A DNA stretch of 36,560 bases from Thelocarpon superellum (GCA_026025795.1 JAPEUG010000149.1:1-36560); one strand, 5' to 3'. Numbered from the stretch's first letter, positions 11,092 to 22,022 are shown. Notes: generated by a model from the letters alone, not told the origin. Numbers and translations: made by a program.

Positions 11092-12929
11092 TCAAGCAGT
11101 GGCCAGTCTCCGAGCCTTCCACTCCCTCCACAGCCTCAATCCCTCCTTCAGCGCGCCCATGATCAAAGGCACGCCGACGGGTCCAAGGAGCGGGAGATAC
11201 ACCGCGACCTTGTGTTCGTCGGGGAAGTAGACCTGCCCTACCATGCTCTTTTCGAAGAAGCCGCGTTCAGCCTCAGCCTCGGCGACCCGCGCTTTCTGGA
11301 GTGCGCTCTTAAAACGCCCATCGCGAAAGTCGGCACATGCACCGCGGAGATGGGAGATGGTGCGGTCGACCGATGTCGCGACCGTGCCGGGTATGGAGAT
11401 GGAGGGCAGGGCGAGCGTAAGGCGTGCTAAGGAGCCGAGGGTCGAGGACGCTGAGAGGACGAGCGAGGCGGCCCGAACGCGGGTCAGTGTCAAGAGCCGA
11501 AGAAGGAGCGAAGACGGTGTTTGGGGGGTGCCTAGGAGCGAGAGTAATTGATGTGAGAAGGTCGAGAGGGCCGGTTGCATCTGCTCGCGCGTCAGGCGCT
11601 CCGAGATGGCGGCCGCGTAGTGCGTCGGTGGGTTGAGGATCACGACGCCACCCCATTGCGGGATCAGCCAGCTGTTTCCTCCGTTTTCCTTCACGACCAG
11701 AGGAGTCTTGTCGACCGCCGGGACGTAGAGCACGAAATTAACCGTTGGCGCCTCGCCAATGCCCGGGCTCAGAGGCCATTCGGCAGCGTTGATGAAGCCG
11801 CTCAAGTCCTCCTTGCGGAGTGTCCACGCCCCCTGTTCGCTATCAAACTCCGGCTCACGGACAGATGGCGAGAAGGATGCGTAGAGCTGTACTTGACTAT
11901 CGATGGTGAAGTTGCTGATGGGGGCCAGCGATTCAAGGAGCGGCTTGATGCTCTCCTCCAGCGCAGCCTCAATGTCCCATGAAGAAGGCAGTGCATTTGG
12001 TGTGAAGAGAGAGAATGTCAGGTGGTACGTGGGCGAATACTTCAGAGACCGCGTCGTGCGACGAGCCAGACTCGCCGTTAGCTCGGGGGAGAGCGTTTTG
12101 ATGGGCGACTGGCGGAGGTCGCGACCATTGGTCGACGTCGACTGAGACGCTGGAAGTGGCGGACCACTGACGTGCGAACTGCCTGGGGATACCGCGCCCG
12201 TACCTGGGCTGGTGGCGGAGAGCAAGTATGCGATCATGGCTTGCTCCTCCGCGAAAAGGTCCTGGAGCTGGTTGGAGATGTAGCTCGCCAATGGAGATGA
12301 GGTCGACGATGTCGAGGGAATCTGGTTGGAGGAGTAGAGGATGGTGAGAACGGGCGAGTAGGGCTCGAGCGACGCACTGGGCGTGGCACCGGACTCGCCC
12401 GGGAGGAGCCTGACAATCAGCGCGGCCTCATCGTCAATTGTTTCTGCTGCTCGCCCGGCACCGACGGACCGCGAGTCGTTCGATTCCGAAGCTGAAGCGA
12501 CTGATTGCAAGCGGAGGTGATGAGCGGCGAAGTCATTCACGTCATCGAGTGCATGTTGGATCAGACGGAGAAGATGCGACGCATCCTGCGTAGGGAGATG
12601 TGGGGCTTCGACGGAGATCTGCAAGGGAAAGACCGGACGACAGGCCTAAACAGTGAGCAGTCGGTTCGAACGGTGTAATGTGCCACGTTTCAGGGAGGAC
12701 ATACCCTTCCGTCCGCCCAGTCCATCATCTCGCTCAAGGGGAGCTTCGCCCGGTAGATGGTGGTTGTCTTCCACCATGTTGGTAGGCCCAAGAAGACGAC
12801 CACTGCCCAAAAGGACAGAATGATCAGAGTACGAGTGCGAATTTCCCCCGCTGTCTCCGGTGGTGGTCGTTTCGGGGCGATAGACACGGCCACGGAACTC
12901 GAAGAGTCATCTGGACCGCCGTCAGGCAT
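11092..12929 (-). CDS. GPI17: GPI transamidase component GPI17/PIG-S, ~592 aa; complement(join(11092..12645,12705..12929))
   Basis: N-terminal TM 'LSFWAVVVFLGLPTWWKTTTIYRAKLP', internal 'FINAAEWPL' and 'WLIPQWGGVVILN', C-terminal 'FFEKSMVGQVYFPDEHKVAVYLPLLGP' plus TM. Intron 12704-12646 (GTATGT...GCTCAC...TAG). Confidence 0.95.
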
Positions 12930-13277
12930 GGTCGAAGTTGATGCTCATGCCGTCCATCGACCGTTGCACATTCAGGAGACGCGTAACAAATGTCCCTGAC
13001 CTGGTCCAAGTTGAGGTTGATGAGTCAGCTACCGCTCGGTTTATCTCATGTTGCTCCCCGTCGACTGCACCGTCAGTCCCCACTAAAAGGCTGAGACGCG
13101 GGGTGCTTCCTCTGACCCCATCAACCTGGAGCTGATATTTCCTCATGCATAACCATGGCGGGTCATTCCTTGAGCCCATTGGGTCACAAGCTTTCGACGT
13201 CCTGAACCACAACATACTGTCGTCCGCAGGTCAGGCAAGCTTCGTAGCAGTAACCCCATCAACGGGGAGCTGTCACA

Positions 13278-15011
13278 ATGCGGAACTTGTGCATCTTCTC
13301 CGGCAGCAGCCACCCCGCTCTCGCCAAGTCCATCTGTGAGCATCTAGGCACCTCGCCTGCTGCTGTTCAGCTCGACAAGTTCAGCAATGGCGAGACCAGC
13401 GTTCGAATAGGTACGAGTGCAGTCCCTATCCGATGGGGAAAGTGGCATGACTCCCCGCTAACGTGTCCAAGGCTGCTCCATTCGTGACAAAGATGTCTTC
13501 GTGGTACAGAGCGGAAGCTCGACGATCAACGATGATATAATGGAACTCTGCATCATGATCTCGGCCTGCAAAGGCGGCTCCGCGAATAAGATCACTGGTC
13601 AGTGTGACGCCGTCGGCGCCGAAGACGTGCTAAACCCCTCAAGCGGTGATGCCGTACTTTCCTTACTCCCGCCAGTCCAAGCAGAAGTCGGCCCGCGGCG
13701 CCATCACTGCCCGGATGATTGCCAATCTGCTCTCAATTGCCGGCGTCCATCACATTATCACGGTCGATCTTCATGTACGCGTTGTCCTAAATGCCTTTGT
13801 TTCTTGAAACCGCGATAGGTCTTGGGTAACGTCAACTATAGGCCTCTCAAATGCAGGGCTTCTTCGGCAAGCCAGTGGACAATCTCCTGGCGGAACCTCT
13901 CATTGCCCGATGGATCCGTCACCACGTTCCGGACTGGCAGGAAGCGGTGGTAGTGTCGAAGAATCCGGGGGGGACCAAGCGGGTGACCTCCTTGGCTGAT
14001 ACCCTCAAGCTCAACTTCGGCATCGTCACGACCGATCGACGGCGTAACATGGCCGGGAGCGTGACTGGGGACGTCGGAGGGGATGAAGGCCCGGATGACG
14101 ATAGAGCCACCTCTCAAAGCAGCCATTCACACGAGAATGAAAAATTCCTCGTCAACGGAAATGGTCTCGCGCATGACCAGCCTGTGTCGGATGACTCCTC
14201 CCACGCGGTCGATCAGAAAGCGCCGGAGCCATCGCAAGCAACGGAGGAAGAGGAGTACAACGACGGACGCGCGCGAGATGTCATCACTGGACGCCTCGTG
14301 CACGGTCATCTTGTGGACGACGACTACCCTTCTCCCAGCATCTCAGGGTCCATGTCCGCCTCATTTGCCACCTTGCCCGGAGACCGGCTGCCTCGCAGCT
14401 ACTTTGACGAGACAGTCGCCGACCCTATGACCAGCTCGGTGATATCGGCCTCGTCAATACAGGTGGGAAGCTCAGAAAACATTCTTAGTCCCATCGCCGA
14501 CGTGGACTCGGAGGAGGAAGAGGTCGAGGGGTCACTGAAATTGGTGCTGGAGAAGACCATCACCTTAGTGGGCAATGTCAAGGAGAAAACGGTATTCATC
14601 GTCGATGACATGATCGACAAGCCCAAAACGTGGATTGCCGCGGCAGAGACGGTGGTCAAGCGGGGCGGGGCGAAGAAGGTGTACTGCATCGCCACTCACG
14701 GACTCTTCGGATATGATTGCCTTCAAGAGATGGAACGATGCGATTGCATCGACTACGTAGGCCCTGGCCATCATGCGAGCAATCTGAAAAGGCGCTAACT
14801 AGTATCTAGATCGTGGTCACCAACTCGTTTCCCATCCCAGCGGAGAAGACACGGCACGTCAGGAAGCTAGTAGTCCTTGATCTATCCAATCTTCTCGCGG
14901 AAGCCATTCGAAGGAACCACTATGGTAAGATGAGCGCGACGAGTTCGATCGCCCACTGACTATGACACAGGGGAGAGCATCTCTCGCATCTTTCAAATGT
15001 ATAATGATTAA
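13278..15011 (+). CDS. PRS1: Ribose-phosphate pyrophosphokinase, Prs1-type with internal non-homologous insertion, ~486 aa; join(13278..13410,13472..13597,13644..13774,13842..14756,14810..14924,14971..15011)
   Basis: FSNGETSV, INDDIMEL, PYFPYSRQ, RGAITARM, DLHASQMQGFF, VSKNPGGTKRV and IVDDMIDK match yeast Prs1-type sequence as I recall it. An acidic low-complexity insert follows TDRRR. Five canonical introns restore the frame to TAA at 15009-15011. Confidence 0.93.
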
Positions 15012-17992
15012 GGGGGGAAACAATGGCAGCGCGCATGGGCTTCAATGGCTGAATGACGTGATTATACAACAGATGAAGTCTGTATGGATGAGGCACAACG
15101 ACAAGGCATTTGTGAGACAGCTACACCATTTCCTATCATCTGTCCCCCTGCCCCAGCGACGCAGAACTTCTCAGAGTACTGCAAGAAGCCTCGGCCCATG
15201 CGTAAGCGCGGGATCGACCGAGAACTTCTTAACGGAGCGTTGGTAGATTGATGACCCACTATGGAGCATTCTCTCCCGAGCATGTTCTGTAGACGGTGGG
15301 CGGGAACCGAAGGTGCCCTCTCCCTTTTTGCATGTTACGGTCTTCATCCACATGACCTGTGCTTGGAGCAGTATTTGCATGGATAGTGGCGTAAGAGAAC
15401 GTCTCGGACATTTCGTGTACTACTCAATGAAGGAGAACGCCGGGATTCAGAGGACCAAGCTCGTTGAATGATTGTGGTCGAACGGGTACTCATGTGTCGA
15501 GCAACAGACGTCTTCCCATTCCTTCGTTTCTTTACACTGCTTAGACGACCCTGGCGCGAGGACCAACAACCGGCCCGATTCGGACTCGGACTGTGCGTGG
15601 TATCTATGAGGGATGTCATGTGCATGAATCAAAAGTAACTTTGCTCACTGGGGCGTCGCATCAGGATCCAGCACACCCAACGTTCTCCTAATGCCACACT
15701 CACACACCACGCACGAACAAATGGAGCCCATGTTTACGGAGCACGCTCTCCGACCCACTACTCGGTTACATAAGAGAGATGCACAATCCGCTTGACCACT
15801 TAAGTTCCCAGCGGATCCTGGGCGCGAGTCTTTCACACACCACACGACCTGTAATTACATACAGTATTAAGGCTGCCCTCGAACTACGTTTGTTGAAGAC
15901 GCTGTTCCCGCCTCTGAAATGCAACAGTATAGATAGAAGCCCGGCATAGGTGCACGCATAAGTGTACAAGTACCAAACACATCAGGACGCCCACGCTGGT
16001 ACTACCAAAGTGACTGTGGTAAGTTATGAGCGATGGACTTGTACAAACGCACCACACGCCGACCGTGGACCACACCAACCATGCCGGAGATCTAGGCTGC
16101 GTCTGTAGGATTATGTTGCGTGGCCAATATGAAGAGGAAGAAGAGAGATCCGAAGAAACTTAACCGGGCAAGCCACGATCAAACATTTCTCGAACCATGG
16201 CACTGCACGCATTTTCACACGCCTCACAAACGAACATGCCGCATAAAGGCGAAGCGAAGATGGCGAGGAGGAATCTCCCTCCCATCCTATCTCAATTAAT
16301 TCTATCCCATCACGTTGCATCGTCATCCCATTTCCCAGCTGCCACTAGATGCGAGGGACAGTATTTTGTCTTTCTAAACACCACGGTCAGAGCCATCGAT
16401 GCTACAATTGTGCTGGGACGAAGTTGGAAAATTAAGATATCGATTATTAAAATATTCAAGCGTGAGTACTCGAATCTAAGTCCTCGTCACTTGATTTTCT
16501 CGCTCGCAGCAACCACCGTTGGGTGAAGTCGAATCTTAATCGCCTCGAGTTGAAGATATTCATGGCTGCACTCTCACTGTCATGGTGTTTCTTCTCTCAA
16601 AGGGGCTGAAACGGATACTGAAGTCTGCATCTAGACTATATAGCTTGTAGCAGACGATCGGGAAAGAGAAGAAAGGTACTGACACACCCCGGTTATTCCA
16701 CTGGAGATGGGTGGTTTATTCTATGGAAGCTATCTGTCGTTCTAATATACAGCTATTATGGGTTACGTGAGACGGCTTACTCAGAAGCCTCGAGCTCCCG
16801 TATGGAGCCTCCACAGTACTGACCAGTCTTGGTAACCTCGTTAACGAACTATAGCGCAAGCATCATCCGTCTAGCTATGCTCGTATTCACGCTCAGGCTT
16901 CTCAGACCGTGCTTCATTACTCGTAAATGGTCAAGCAATCTAATTCAGATCCAGCCGACAGCCAAGGCGCCGAGATCTTCTAAATCAATCCAGCCCCACA
17001 TCCATAGCAATTGAGGTATCAACCTATCATCCACTCTTCCTTGCCAACCCACATCCCTCGGCGGCCCCGGAGGAGAAGAAAAAATACCCTATTACCAAAC
17101 AGGTGCGTAGTCCAATAAAGTCATTCCCTCCGCCTTATCTCCGTCCCTTTTCTGCTTTGCCTCGCTTTTTTCGCCTCGTCCCATAAACTACTGTCACAAG
17201 CACCGCGCAACTCCCCCCCTCTCCCTCACGTCTAAAGTACACCGTCTAAATTTACACGCGCAGAGAAAGTGGTGCAAAGACGAAGATGACTGGTCTCGCG
17301 ACATTGCAAAGGCTATGCGGTGCGCGAGGGTCCACACTGAAATCAAGAGGGAATAATGGACAAGGCGCCCCATCCTGGTAATCAAATCGGACTGAGTAAG
17401 AACGCCTGGCCTGAGCACGTGCCGTCTGTAGGGGTGGTTGAAGTTGAGAAAGAAAATAAGCAAGAAGGGTCGCAGCGAGCAGAGACAACTGAAGGCCCGG
17501 GGGAGGGAGCGATGCACCGTGTGGGGAGAGGTGTGTGGCGAGGAAGAAGGGGTGTGGGGGGTTGTTGAACCCACACGGCGACGCCATACTTCCGAAGGCA
17601 CTCGTCCTCGCACCCGCACGGAAGCCGCAAGTGCGAGTGCCGGAATCCTGATGGTGAAAATCCTATCGCAATTGCCGACCGAGCAGACCGGGTCTGGGGA
17701 TTCTGCAGAGCGTAGGGCGAGCGGCACCATTGGTTGCATTGACGAGCATCGACGACGGGCGCGAGTGCAGGATCGCGTGTGCATGACGTACCGCCCCCGG
17801 CCGCCGGGCGCTGGGCGGTGGAAGGGTGGGGAGGCTGCCCGGTGAAGCGCACGTTCGAAGGATCGCGAGCATGCCGGCGTCGACACCAAAGTTGGGAAGC
17901 GAGATGGATGAGGCGAGAGAGCGAGGGGAGTGATTTTCCGGCCAAGACCGCCTTGGCGCGAGTGGTCCGTCTCCGGCGTCGTCAGCGGAGTA

Positions 17993-18049
17993 GAAAGGGC
18001 GAAAGGGGCGAAAAGGGCGATAAGGCGAAAAGGCGAAAAGGCGAAAAGG
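17993..18049. repeat. Degenerate (GGCGAAAA)n tandem repeat, ~6 units
   Basis: gaaagggcgaaaggggcgaaaagggcgataaggcgaaaaggcgaaaaggcgaaaagg. Confidence 0.85.
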
Positions 18050-18061
18050 TGTAAATGGTGG

Positions 18062-18222
18062 CTGAGAAAAGAAACGTCAGACTATCTCTCTCTAATTCAA
18101 AGATAATTTGGCTCAGCTCTCAGCTCTCAGCTCTCAGCTCTCAGCTCTCAGCCGGACCCCCCCCCGGACAGGCCCGCACCGGGCCTCGACCAGCACCGAC
18201 GCTCTAGGGAGGATTCGCTTAC
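18062..18222 (-). other. Predicted 161-nt spliceosomal intron in the 3' UTR of the microprotein gene
   Basis: Minus strand: donor CAG|GTAAGC at 18222; branch TCTGAC (18081-18076) followed by GTTTCTTTTCTCAG acceptor ending at 18062. Confidence 0.65.
18112..18152. repeat. 7-bp tandem repeat (CAGCTCT) x5.5
   Basis: ctcagctctcagctctcagctctcagctctcagctctcagc, inside the predicted 3'-UTR intron. Confidence 0.9.
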
Positions 18223-18282
18223 CTGTGCAAATCTTCGCCCTCGCAACCTGCGTGTCCCCCATCCCACAGGCTATGGCCCGTC

Positions 18283-18447
18283 TTAGGCGTTGTAGGTACA
18301 CGGCCGGCACGTCTTGAGCTTGCAGTATTTGCACTCGAAGATGAACCAGTGTGGGCCGGAGTGACACATGGCGCAGTTCCAGAGGATAAGGGTGTTGTCG
18401 CTCTTGATCATCACGAATGAGTGATGGCAGTAGCCCGGGACGGCCAT
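18283..18447 (-). CDS. 54-aa Cys/His-rich microprotein, putative two-zinc finger (C1/DC1- or ZZ-like spacing): MAVPGYCHHSFVMIKSDNTLILWNCAMCHSGPHWFIFECKYCKLKTCRPCTYNA
   Basis: Translated by hand; it falls below the ORF-track length cutoff. Start context is gcaccATGG, 47 of 54 codons end in G/C, and it has three CxxC pairs plus an N-terminal CHH. A consensus intron ends 14 nt upstream of the ATG. Confidence 0.85.
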   Translation of the reverse strand: MAVPGYCHHSFVMIKSDNTLILWNCAMCHSGPHWFIFECKYCKLKTCRPCTYNA

Positions 18448-18461
18448 GGTGCGGGGGAGGC

Positions 18462-18541
18462 CTACGACGGATTAGCACCGACCGTCCACCCCCCCACCAA
18501 CCACAACGAAACTTGGGATGGGTCCGTGTAGTCCTACTCAC
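18462..18541 (-). other. Predicted 80-nt 5'-UTR intron of the microprotein gene
   Basis: Minus strand: donor ATC|GTGAGT at 18541, branch GCTAAT, acceptor CGTAG ending at 18462. After splicing, the upstream exon has an in-frame TGA and no ATG, so it is non-coding. Confidence 0.7.
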
Positions 18542-18729
18542 GATGATCGGTAGGGAGACGAGCTCCACAAGGGGGAGGGGTGGGTCGAGGGCTAGATCAA
18601 GCCGTTGGAGCTCGAGCGGCGGAGCTTCACGTGTACGGATAGATTACCACCAAGGTAGAGAGACCGGCACACCACAGGTACAAGCACACCAGGCGAGAGC
18701 GTGCAGCGTACAGAGAGAGAGCTCGAGCT

Positions 18730-18807
18730 GAAGCATAGTGGAGAGAGAGGAAGGAGGAGAAGAGGAGGAGGGGACGAGATCGATGGGGAGGAGGACGAGG
18801 GTTTAAA
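18730..18807 (-). promoter_or_regulatory. Candidate core promoter / CT-rich TSS region of the microprotein gene
   Basis: On the minus strand, TTTAAA (~18801-18807) is followed by a pyrimidine-rich tract (cctcctcttctcctccttcctctctctcc). CT-rich stretches near the TSS are typical of filamentous fungal genes. Confidence 0.35.
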
Positions 18808-19032
18808 CATCCAAGCTCTCCAAGCTCTGGACAGATAGTCGGGCCCAGGGACCTGGCCGGAAGCCCACGCGGCGAGCCTGGCCTGGTAAAAAGCAACGCC
18901 CGGACTCTTGTCCATGCCCATGCCTTCGATTCACCTCCCGCTTCCGGCCCTGTGGAGAAAAGCATCCACGGCTCTCAAAGGTGGCTCACCATGCCTAAGC
19001 CCGTTTGGGGAGGGGACCCGTCAAGTCTACAT

Positions 19033-19062
19033 GCATCCGCATACGCATACGCATACGCATCC
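19033..19062. repeat. (GCATAC)n microsatellite
   Basis: gcatccgcatacgcatacgcatacgcatcc. Confidence 0.75.
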
Positions 19063-20390
19063 ACATACCGACGATACGCTCCGAGGATTAGGGTGGTGGT
19101 GCGGTGGTCGAGGCACCATCGCAACGCCATCGCGTCTGGTGGCGTTTCCCCCCAGGTATGTCAGGGGACCGATACCTTTGTCCAGGCTTGTGGGGGGGGG
19201 AGACATGCAAGACCGGCATTGGTCGGCCAATCCTCGTACGCAAATCCTCCGAGCGGTCAGAGCTCTCTCTCGCGCGTGCGCAGGAGGCCGCGCTCGCTCT
19301 TTCCCTGTGGGGAGCGCGAGAGCGAGTGACGGCATCATCGGCACCGCCATCGAATCTACCGGCCTCCGCTACCCACACGGAAAAAAAAAGTCTCAAACGA
19401 ATCAGAAACCGGATCAGGTTGACGTCAAGTTCAGTCGGCGGTCGGATGCGTTTGAGATCGGCCGGCCCATCGCGTTCACCGAGGGCCGAGAGGCGCTGCC
19501 CTCCGACCGGTATGTCCGCCAGTGCACAACCGCCGCTGGCCGCGCTGGGCGCGTAAGGCACGTCCTCGGCCTGGAGAGGGTGGAGAGGGTGGGGCATGGA
19601 GGGGAAGAGAGATGAGGGGTGATGAGAGGGAGGGCGGCGGCGGCGGCGTTACGGCTTCTGGTTGGTCGGGACGTGGACATGGCATCAGGTCGATGGCCTT
19701 TGGTGGGGCCGGGGGGGGGGGGGAAAGGGGAGGGGCAATGGACTGGTGGAAAGAGTAGTGTCCCCCTCTTCGATGGCGCGCCGCCTCCGCAGGCCTCGAT
19801 GCGTGCACTTCCGGAGAAGCTCGTAGCGCGGTGGGTTGGGCGGGCTCCGACGGCCATGTTGCGCCAAGTTGATTCTTGATTCTTGATTACGAGGGTGGGC
19901 GGCCAGCCCCTACGTCAGCTGGGCGCAACCTGGCTGAATCAGATCGTTCTAGAGCGCCCGCTGGGCCATTGCAGAGGGGCGCTCGAGTTGCAGCAGACGG
20001 AGCATTACGCAGGCGCCATTGATACCTCCGTCCCAGGTGGGAGAGGGTCTGACCGAGAGACCCCCCAGATCGATGCGATGGGGAGGGGAGGGGAGGGCTC
20101 CACGCTCGCGCGGCGACGGCGGGGCAGGACGGAGTCCAGATGGCATTAACATTAGCGGCAGTCGGACCCTGGCCCTCGAGCGCCATAGGTCGAGTGGAGC
20201 CGGAGCCACAACTGGGTTCAAGGAATAGCGGGGGAGGCTGCAGATGGGCCAGCAGGGACCACTGCCGGCCCGCCGGTCGACCGATGACCAGGGACGCACT
20301 AATGCATCCCTCTCGATCTGGGTCGTGGGGACTTGCCGGTGCCAGATGCGGCTTCACGATGGGCTTTGCTGCAGCCTGTAACCTGGAGCC

Positions 20391-20430
20391 GCAGCATGCA
20401 GCATGCAGCATGCAGCTTGCACTATGCAGC
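20391..20430. repeat. (GCAGCAT)n 7-bp tandem repeat
   Basis: gcagcatgcagcatgcagcatgcagcttgcactatgcagc. Confidence 0.75.
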
Positions 20431-22022
20431 AACAACCTGGTCGGCCCACCCACCAATCCGTCGTCTCGGTCGTTCTGGGACGTCCCAGGTCAGGCAGCGT
20501 GCCGGCAGTCACGGATCCAGCAGGACGCTACGCTGGCCGGTAGGGAAAGGCTCCAGCGAGCGAGGCCTGCAAGGTCGAGGAACGACTACCATACTCGTCC
20601 TCGTCCTGCCCAAGCCGTCGCCCATGTGGGAGGACGTGTCGAAGTGCAAAACCCAAGCTACTCGTGCCCGTCGCGCCCGTCGTGCCACTCATCGCGCAAG
20701 GTGTGGTGTCGAGTTGCCGCCACCGCCCACGACTCGATCTCTGCTCACATCGATCGTGCAGTACAGATCTCTCTTTCGCTTATGTCCGCCTGGGCTCTGG
20801 GGCGATCGGACGCACGCAGACGGCTTCGGACTTGCCAAGGCGAATGACCCTTTCCCTTTATTCCCCCCCACTCACATCACATCGGGGCGTCACATCAGGC
20901 GCCCTCGCCGGTCTCCGGCGGTGTGCGCGGCCTCGGCACTTGGTGCGCCGCAACACTGGAAACGGTCACGCACTGAGACACAGGCCAGCGCCGAGGGCTG
21001 CGATGTCACACCAATCTTGAAGAGACCACGACGACGGCCGATTAGGCATGTCCATCTGGTCTGGCGACACCCTTCCCGCGCTCCTTTGGGCCAGCGTCAC
21101 GACCAAAGCGTCTGGGGCGACTGGTTTATCGAAGTATATCGACAACGAGAGAATCAATGGATCCACAAGACAACTTTGAGACCTACCCATCATCCTCTTT
21201 TTCAGATCAGATGAGGCATCTGCCGCGCGCCCGCGCCCGCGCCAGCGCCCACGCCCCCTTCTTTCTGTCGATGCGATATTTCCGCTTTCGCCCGACACCC
21301 GCCACTGCGGCCGTCCATCTCCACCGAGAGCTTGACCAGCGCCACGGCGCATCGGCCCGCTTCTGAACGTTGGGCCGAGCAGGACGGAGCGAGGTCATCC
21401 AATAAAGGGCACCGCCTCACGGCTTGTGGGTGACATTCCCATCTACATCGGATGAGACGATTGATCGAGATCGGCCGGCGAGCGGCGCGGTGCCACTGCG
21501 CTGACGTTGGAAGTGCGTAGTGTGTATCGCTGCAGCCCTAGGCGAAGACGGTAGGAAACAGCCACGACCATGCCGCTACCCGTGCTGGGACCCTGCACCG
21601 ACCTGCTTGATGATCCCGTTGCCCCGTTGCCCCGCGGCAGCACCCACCCCACCCCGGCGCCACTGATGCGTGCCTCTATTGGGTCCATGATACGATTCGG
21701 CTCGACGATGGCGTTGCTTCATGTGGTGTAACCACGCCTAAACCGGGAACATTGTCCAACACCACCGCGCTCGAGAAGATCACTCAAGCCGGGTCCGCAA
21801 GAGGGCAGGGAAAAAACTTCACTCGACCACCCACAACGGCGGCCCCCCGCGACGCCACTGCTTCGAACCAGATATCCGTCCGCCTTGCGTGTACCAATCC
21901 GTAACCTCATGATGAGGCTGACGCCTCCCACGACGCCACTTCCCAACAATGGCCATCGTGGGGGCACCGAGAGGAGGGGCAGAGACAGTCCGTCGGATCC
22001 GAGCACACCCGAGAAGGAGCCC

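Noticed and set aside
15700..17100. Possible telomerase RNA, tRNA or snoRNA in the non-coding island
   Set aside because: By eye I found no TAACCCTAA-type template, no cloverleaf with a T-loop consensus, and no properly spaced C/D box pair. An Infernal/Rfam scan would be needed to exclude these fully.
17993..18152. Tandem repeats as a CRISPR-like array
   Set aside because: The units are 7-9 bp with no unique spacers, in a eukaryotic context; these are simple microsatellites.
18134..18568. 144-aa minus-strand ORF overlapping the microprotein
   Set aside because: It starts at a non-ATG codon, is in a different frame, spans both predicted introns and has no motif. The 54-aa frame carries the codon bias and Cys pattern.
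17194..21688. Many 100-290 aa ORFs on both strands (e.g. 17194..17889, 18908..19615, 20333..21214)
   Set aside because: They are Arg/Pro/Gly/Ala-rich and overlap each other with no domains, as expected by chance in high-GC DNA.
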